The notes under the pieces: generated by a model
Seen by the model: the letters and a program-made list of their open reading frames with translations, nothing else
Told to the model about the DNA's origin: nothing
The model's database searches: none
In this document: piece by piece, positions 51,601 through 54,533 of the stretch
Numbering within the stretch: the stretch's first letter is position 1
Layout of the letters: every line of letters begins with the position of its first letter
Translations under genes and position numbers: made by a program
Origin: Polymyxa betae A26-41
Lineage: Eukaryota > Protista > Endomyxa: Phytomyxea
DNA: 54,533 bases
Direction of reading: 5' to 3'
Assembly (NCBI GenBank): GCA_003693705.1
Contig: RBZT01000575.1
Coordinates: forward strand, 1-54,533

Positions 51601-53382
51601 CAGTCGTGCCACCACGACGTTCTCCAAGCATTGGAGTGATACTCGTCACCATTGGCATTGCGTTGTAATAGAACTCTGCAGAATCGCTGGAATAGTTTAA
51701 CCCGCTAATATAAACTTGAGTTGTGGTGCCAGCCAGTCCAGGTGGCGATATACATTCCACTTGTGAACCCGATATCAAGGTCACGTTCTGAACCCAGCCA
51801 CCTGACCATCGGCATTGAAATCCTTGATAGAAGTCGACACCCGTGACGGTAATGACCGTGCCACCAGACGCTGGCCCATGGGCAGGTGTTAAAGAAGTGA
51901 TGAATGTCCCCTCACCGATTTTAATGTAAAGGTCGAATGTCTGTGTTCTTAACCTTTTACCAGCGTAAGAACGCGGTCCATATCCATCAATAGCCCATTG
52001 GACTGTATCCTGACCTGCCCAGTATGGGTTTCGTGAATAAATGACATCGGCAAGAGCAGCATTAACGTCATTAGCAGTTCCAGTATAGTTCACAGCGGCA
52101 GAAGGACCCGTTAATCGATTTAAGCCTGATGCAGACTGTAGTGAAACGGCGCCCGTATCCGCAGAAATACTGCAGGAAATGATGTTGGCACCGATTTGGG
52201 AAACGTTCATGATCGCTTCGGAAACAAACGTTAGATTCCAGGGACTTGACAAACTTAGGTCGATATCGTCGTAAACATTGATGACGTCGACATAAACAGT
52301 GGAATTAACCAAGATAACACCATCGTTGAGAATGGAGTAATCGAACGAATAGGTACCGGCTGTTGAGGCATAAAATAATATTCTGTCATCTGGGCCGGAA
52401 ATTAAGGAATTTGATACAGATATCAAATTGCCTCGAGACCAATCACCAAGCGTTTGATAAAGCTGTGCACCAGATGACAACCTGGTTATTAACGCTGCAG
52501 TATAATTGCCAGTTCCACTTAAAATAATCATAGCGTCACGTTTTCGATATGCGGTCACACGAGTGGCGTAAGGGCATGACGATAGAGACCACACTGCCCA
52601 CCCTACAAGTGCACCATCGTTGTAGTTGCCAGAAGCATCGTTCATCGTCCTTGAAGGTTCATCAAAATTCCAGTATAGAAGCTGGCTAGAAGCAAAATCA
52701 AGTTCGGGATATTTCATGGTATTTGCAATAGCATCTGGACTGAGAGCGGTGTTGTATACTTTGAATTCGTCCATTTTTCCAGAAAAATGCCTGCCACCAG
52801 AGGAGTGGACGCCCACGAACAAAGCAAGTCCAGATGAAGAGACATCGGTATAGTGCGATACAGCCTGCATAAAGACTCATGGATGTGCACGAAGAATAAA
52901 ACTTAAACTTACAGATCCTGTAATAACCCCGTTTTCATACACGTTAACACTCGCTTTTGAAACTGTTATTGCAAGGTGAGTCCAGTTTCTTCGTCCTGTT
53001 GATATCGAGAGGAAGTATTGTGGACTAGAGCCTACGAGCATATCATTGCAAACGTCAAAACACTCATCATATTGTGATTACGAGCAGTGACAGCGACCCA
53101 AGCGCCGGGAAGAAGATCGATTTGCCATTCGCCAGCTTTTTCAGCGATTGTCATGTTGGATGTATTGTTAGTGAGAATCCACGCCATTAGGGTAAACTCA
53201 GGCAATCCACCCGTGCCCTGGCACTCGTGGAAAAAATTTGGGTCGCGATTGCATGTTTCATTCGCCACGACACCAGTCGTAACACCATCAAACTCAATCG
53301 CATAGCCAGCCTTTCCAACCGTTTGTCCAAGCGAATAAACGCCTTGGCTCAAGGAAAGTGCTAACAAGAGCGCCTGCAGCAT
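24634..53382 (-). CDS. Giant multi-exon cell-surface receptor/adhesin: SP - LamG - Ig-like - ~60 IPT/TIG - GCC2/GCC3 Cys-rich repeats with ELWxxDGT insert - ~10-11 TM - cytoplasmic CxxC and disordered tail
   Basis: Successive minus-strand ORFs are joined in frame by ~45-60 bp introns at the junctions checked (~39955-40000, ~35665-35728, ~33493-33537, 25698-25749, ~25231-25279). There is a single signal peptide at 53382 (MLQALLLALSLSQGVYS) and a stop TAG at 24634-24636. Not every junction was verified. Confidence 0.8.
26490..28360 (-). other. Multipass transmembrane domain (~10-11 helices; part of giant gene)
   Basis: Hydrophobic segments include LYTVLFCAIGLAAFITIGAFFLI, GFCIMVPIGFVTLYMYVFF, LGVSLLAFGFCLLF, IILYSVMMSLLLLYIF, TLALILSPITLLLIVLF, LLIFFLFSCVIIAW, FYFMAGFHAFGIITLVFGY and LTPIIAGFTVFSCMIF. 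Confidence 0.85.
30130..33460 (-). other. GCC2/GCC3 (ephrin-receptor-like) Cys-rich repeats (part of giant gene)
   Basis: Repeated CPxGxYC motifs: CPRGYYCPGSG, CPSGFYCPPG, CPPGYFCDAG, CPAGYYCIEG, CPPGYYCPQGS, CPEGYSCAESG, CPAGFYCFNRT and CEAGYYCPAG. Confidence 0.9.
32200..32900 (-). other. ELWxxDGT-like repeat (beta-propeller) module inserted among the Cys-rich repeats
   Basis: DTQRGTELFLCSS..SRLLFELNPTGSSN..FVFTAYNG, GTQLWRTDAANSST, RMFFVV..LHATDGS, ILFVADG and QASIWKTDGNSVAQLADV. Confidence 0.65.
33545..51905 (-). other. IPT/TIG repeat array (part of giant gene), roughly 60 divergent units
   Basis: Recurrent ~90-aa unit P-x-I-x-S-I-x-P-x-x-G-x-x-x-GGT-x-VT-I-x-G-x-x-F ... C-x-FG ... S-x-x-x-I-x-C-x-x-P ... 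V-x-(V/I)S-x-NG-x-D-(F/W), with dense N-x-S/T sequons. The count is estimated from length. Confidence 0.9.
52570..53330 (-). other. LamG / concanavalin A-like lectin domain (part of giant gene)
   Basis: YAIEFDG, FTLMAWI, WTHLAITV..VNVYENG, LFVG..FSGKMDEFKVYNTALS and LLYWNFDE form the Laminin_G_3/pentraxin-like pattern. Confidence 0.85.
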
Positions 53383-53894
53383 TCCGCCTACGGTCGCATT
53401 CGAAAAAAAACACCAGATTGGATATCAGACCATAGAGGGTTTGTGCTGAGTTTTGAGGTCTCGATTTCATGGGAGGAGCCCCCCCCCCTTCAAGAAAGTA
53501 GAAACGTAACCTGAGGGCTGCAACAAGAGACCGAAATTATCGATCCTTCTGTCCATCGAACCCCGGAATACGCCTCAAAGTGCAAATATCAGATCAGCCT
53601 GTGCAAGGCATCACCAACTGAGATATAATGGCCGATTGAAAGCAAATCGAGTCTGAATGGCTTGAACAATGATAGAGCATGCTAACTTGTAGGCAAGTGA
53701 AAAAGCGTAAATCGCTGCGTAAGATTCTTGTTCCAGTTTCTTTAGTAGTACAGTATGGGAAAAACATTTTGGCAAGAAGCTGGTCAGATCAACAGCTCAC
53801 CGCGGGCCGGGAAGGAGTTTGAATGAATGAACATCAACTGAAAAATGGCGGAAGTTTTTAGATAAAATGATTAAAAGAAGGATGGCTGACATTG

Positions 53895-53904
53895 AAAAAA
53901 AAAA
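53895..53904 (-). terminator. RNA polymerase III T-tract terminator of the tRNA
   Basis: T10 on the minus strand, 10 nt downstream of the tRNA 3' end. Confidence 0.65.
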
Positions 53905-53914
53905 TCAGAATTAA

Positions 53915-53987
53915 AGCCTTTGCCGGGATTCGAACCCCGAATCTCGTGCTCCGTATGCACGCGCCTTGACCATTGGGCCACAGAAGC
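53915..53987 (-). tRNA. tRNA-Arg (anticodon ACG), intronless, with two stem mismatches
   Basis: Minus strand GCTTCTGTGGCCCAATGGTCAAGGCGCGTGCATACGGAGCACGAGATTCGGGGTTCGAATCCCGGCAAAGGCT (73 nt). A box TGGCCCAATGG, anticodon arm CGTGC-ATACGGA-GCACG, B box GGTTCGAATCC. Confidence 0.85.
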
Positions 53988-54234
53988 TTTCCCTATATGA
54001 TAAGAGAACCGCAATGGTAGAGTTTACCATTTCTCATCAACATGCTGCAAAGACATTTAGCCGAACGACGAACAGATTTTATTTGCTCGAAATTTTTTCT
54101 CCAGCGAGACACTTGGCCTTGTTGGACGTTGAGACTGGCGCAGCAGCTTTGACGGATATGCCAGGTTCGCGTTCGTCTATTGCTTTCAGTATATCGAGCT
54201 TTTGAGCCTGTGTCAATATATACGCAATAATTGA

Positions 54235-54319
54235 CTAACCTCCGATCGGACCTGACTAAACTCCGTTAATCGGAATCTCTCCGAGTTCCGAGCTAACCTC
54301 CGATCTCAGTGATATATAA
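54235..54319 (+). promoter_or_regulatory. Putative promoter: repeated CTAACCTCCGATC motif plus TATA box
   Basis: Exact 13-mers at 54235-54247 and 54293-54305, variant GACTAAACTCCG at 54254-54265, and TATATAA at 54313-54319, ~107 bp before the ATG at 54426. Confidence 0.45.
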
Positions 54320-54425
54320 GGGCTTGTATCCATCTAATATATTCATTCTGCATTCATCATTGCAATCTTAACATCGAGATCTCGAAGTAGCGCTATAAAG
54401 AATTCTTTACAGCTGTTTTCAAGCA

Positions 54426-54533
54426 ATGGCTGGTGCAATCAACGACAAGCAGTCTGTGGATGAGAGCTCACTCTCAGATGTCGCGGTTCGTGTGGAGAAT
54501 ATGCACATTGAACCAGTACCATCTCCCGAACCT
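54426..54533 (+). CDS. 5' end of an unidentified gene (truncated by window edge)
   Basis: MAGAINDKQSVDESSLSDVAVRVENMHIEPVPSPEP is open to the end of the window, downstream of a TATA box. Confidence 0.45.
   Translation, partial: MAGAINDKQSVDESSLSDVAVRVENMHIEPVPSPEP

Noticed and set aside
24673-53305. Many + strand ORFs within the giant gene
   Set aside because: Antisense shadows of the repetitive minus-strand coding sequence.

Overview
Gene-dense eukaryotic (protist-type) nuclear DNA with many short (~40-60 bp) spliceosomal introns, which is why most ORFs in the track are exon fragments. The compact layout and moderate GC would fit a phytomyxid/plasmodiophorid-like protist, but that is inference only. 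Over half the window (24634-53382, minus strand) is one spliced gene for a giant surface protein of roughly 8,000-9,000 aa. Its architecture is: signal peptide, LamG/ConA-like domain, Ig/cadherin-like domain, an estimated ~60 IPT/TIG repeats, GCC2/GCC3-type Cys-rich repeats interrupted by a bacterial-type ELWxxDGT repeat module, a ~10-11-pass membrane domain, and a cytoplasmic CxxC..CxxC motif plus disordered tail. Left of it lie a membrane RING-H2 E3, SMPD4, an ER/secreted STI1-like protein ending HGEL, COA5/PET191, an EF-hand-like/disordered protein, an orphan secreted protein, MARCH6/DOA10, a coiled-coil protein and ERCC8/CSA. The first 4.5 kb holds decayed mobile-element relics that the ORF track misses or only partly captures (SAP + YqaJ-like exonuclease; AT-hook + Myb/SANT) and short repeats. 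A tRNA-Arg(ACG) with stem mismatches and the start of another gene lie at the right end. All family calls come from motif recognition by eye, not database searches.
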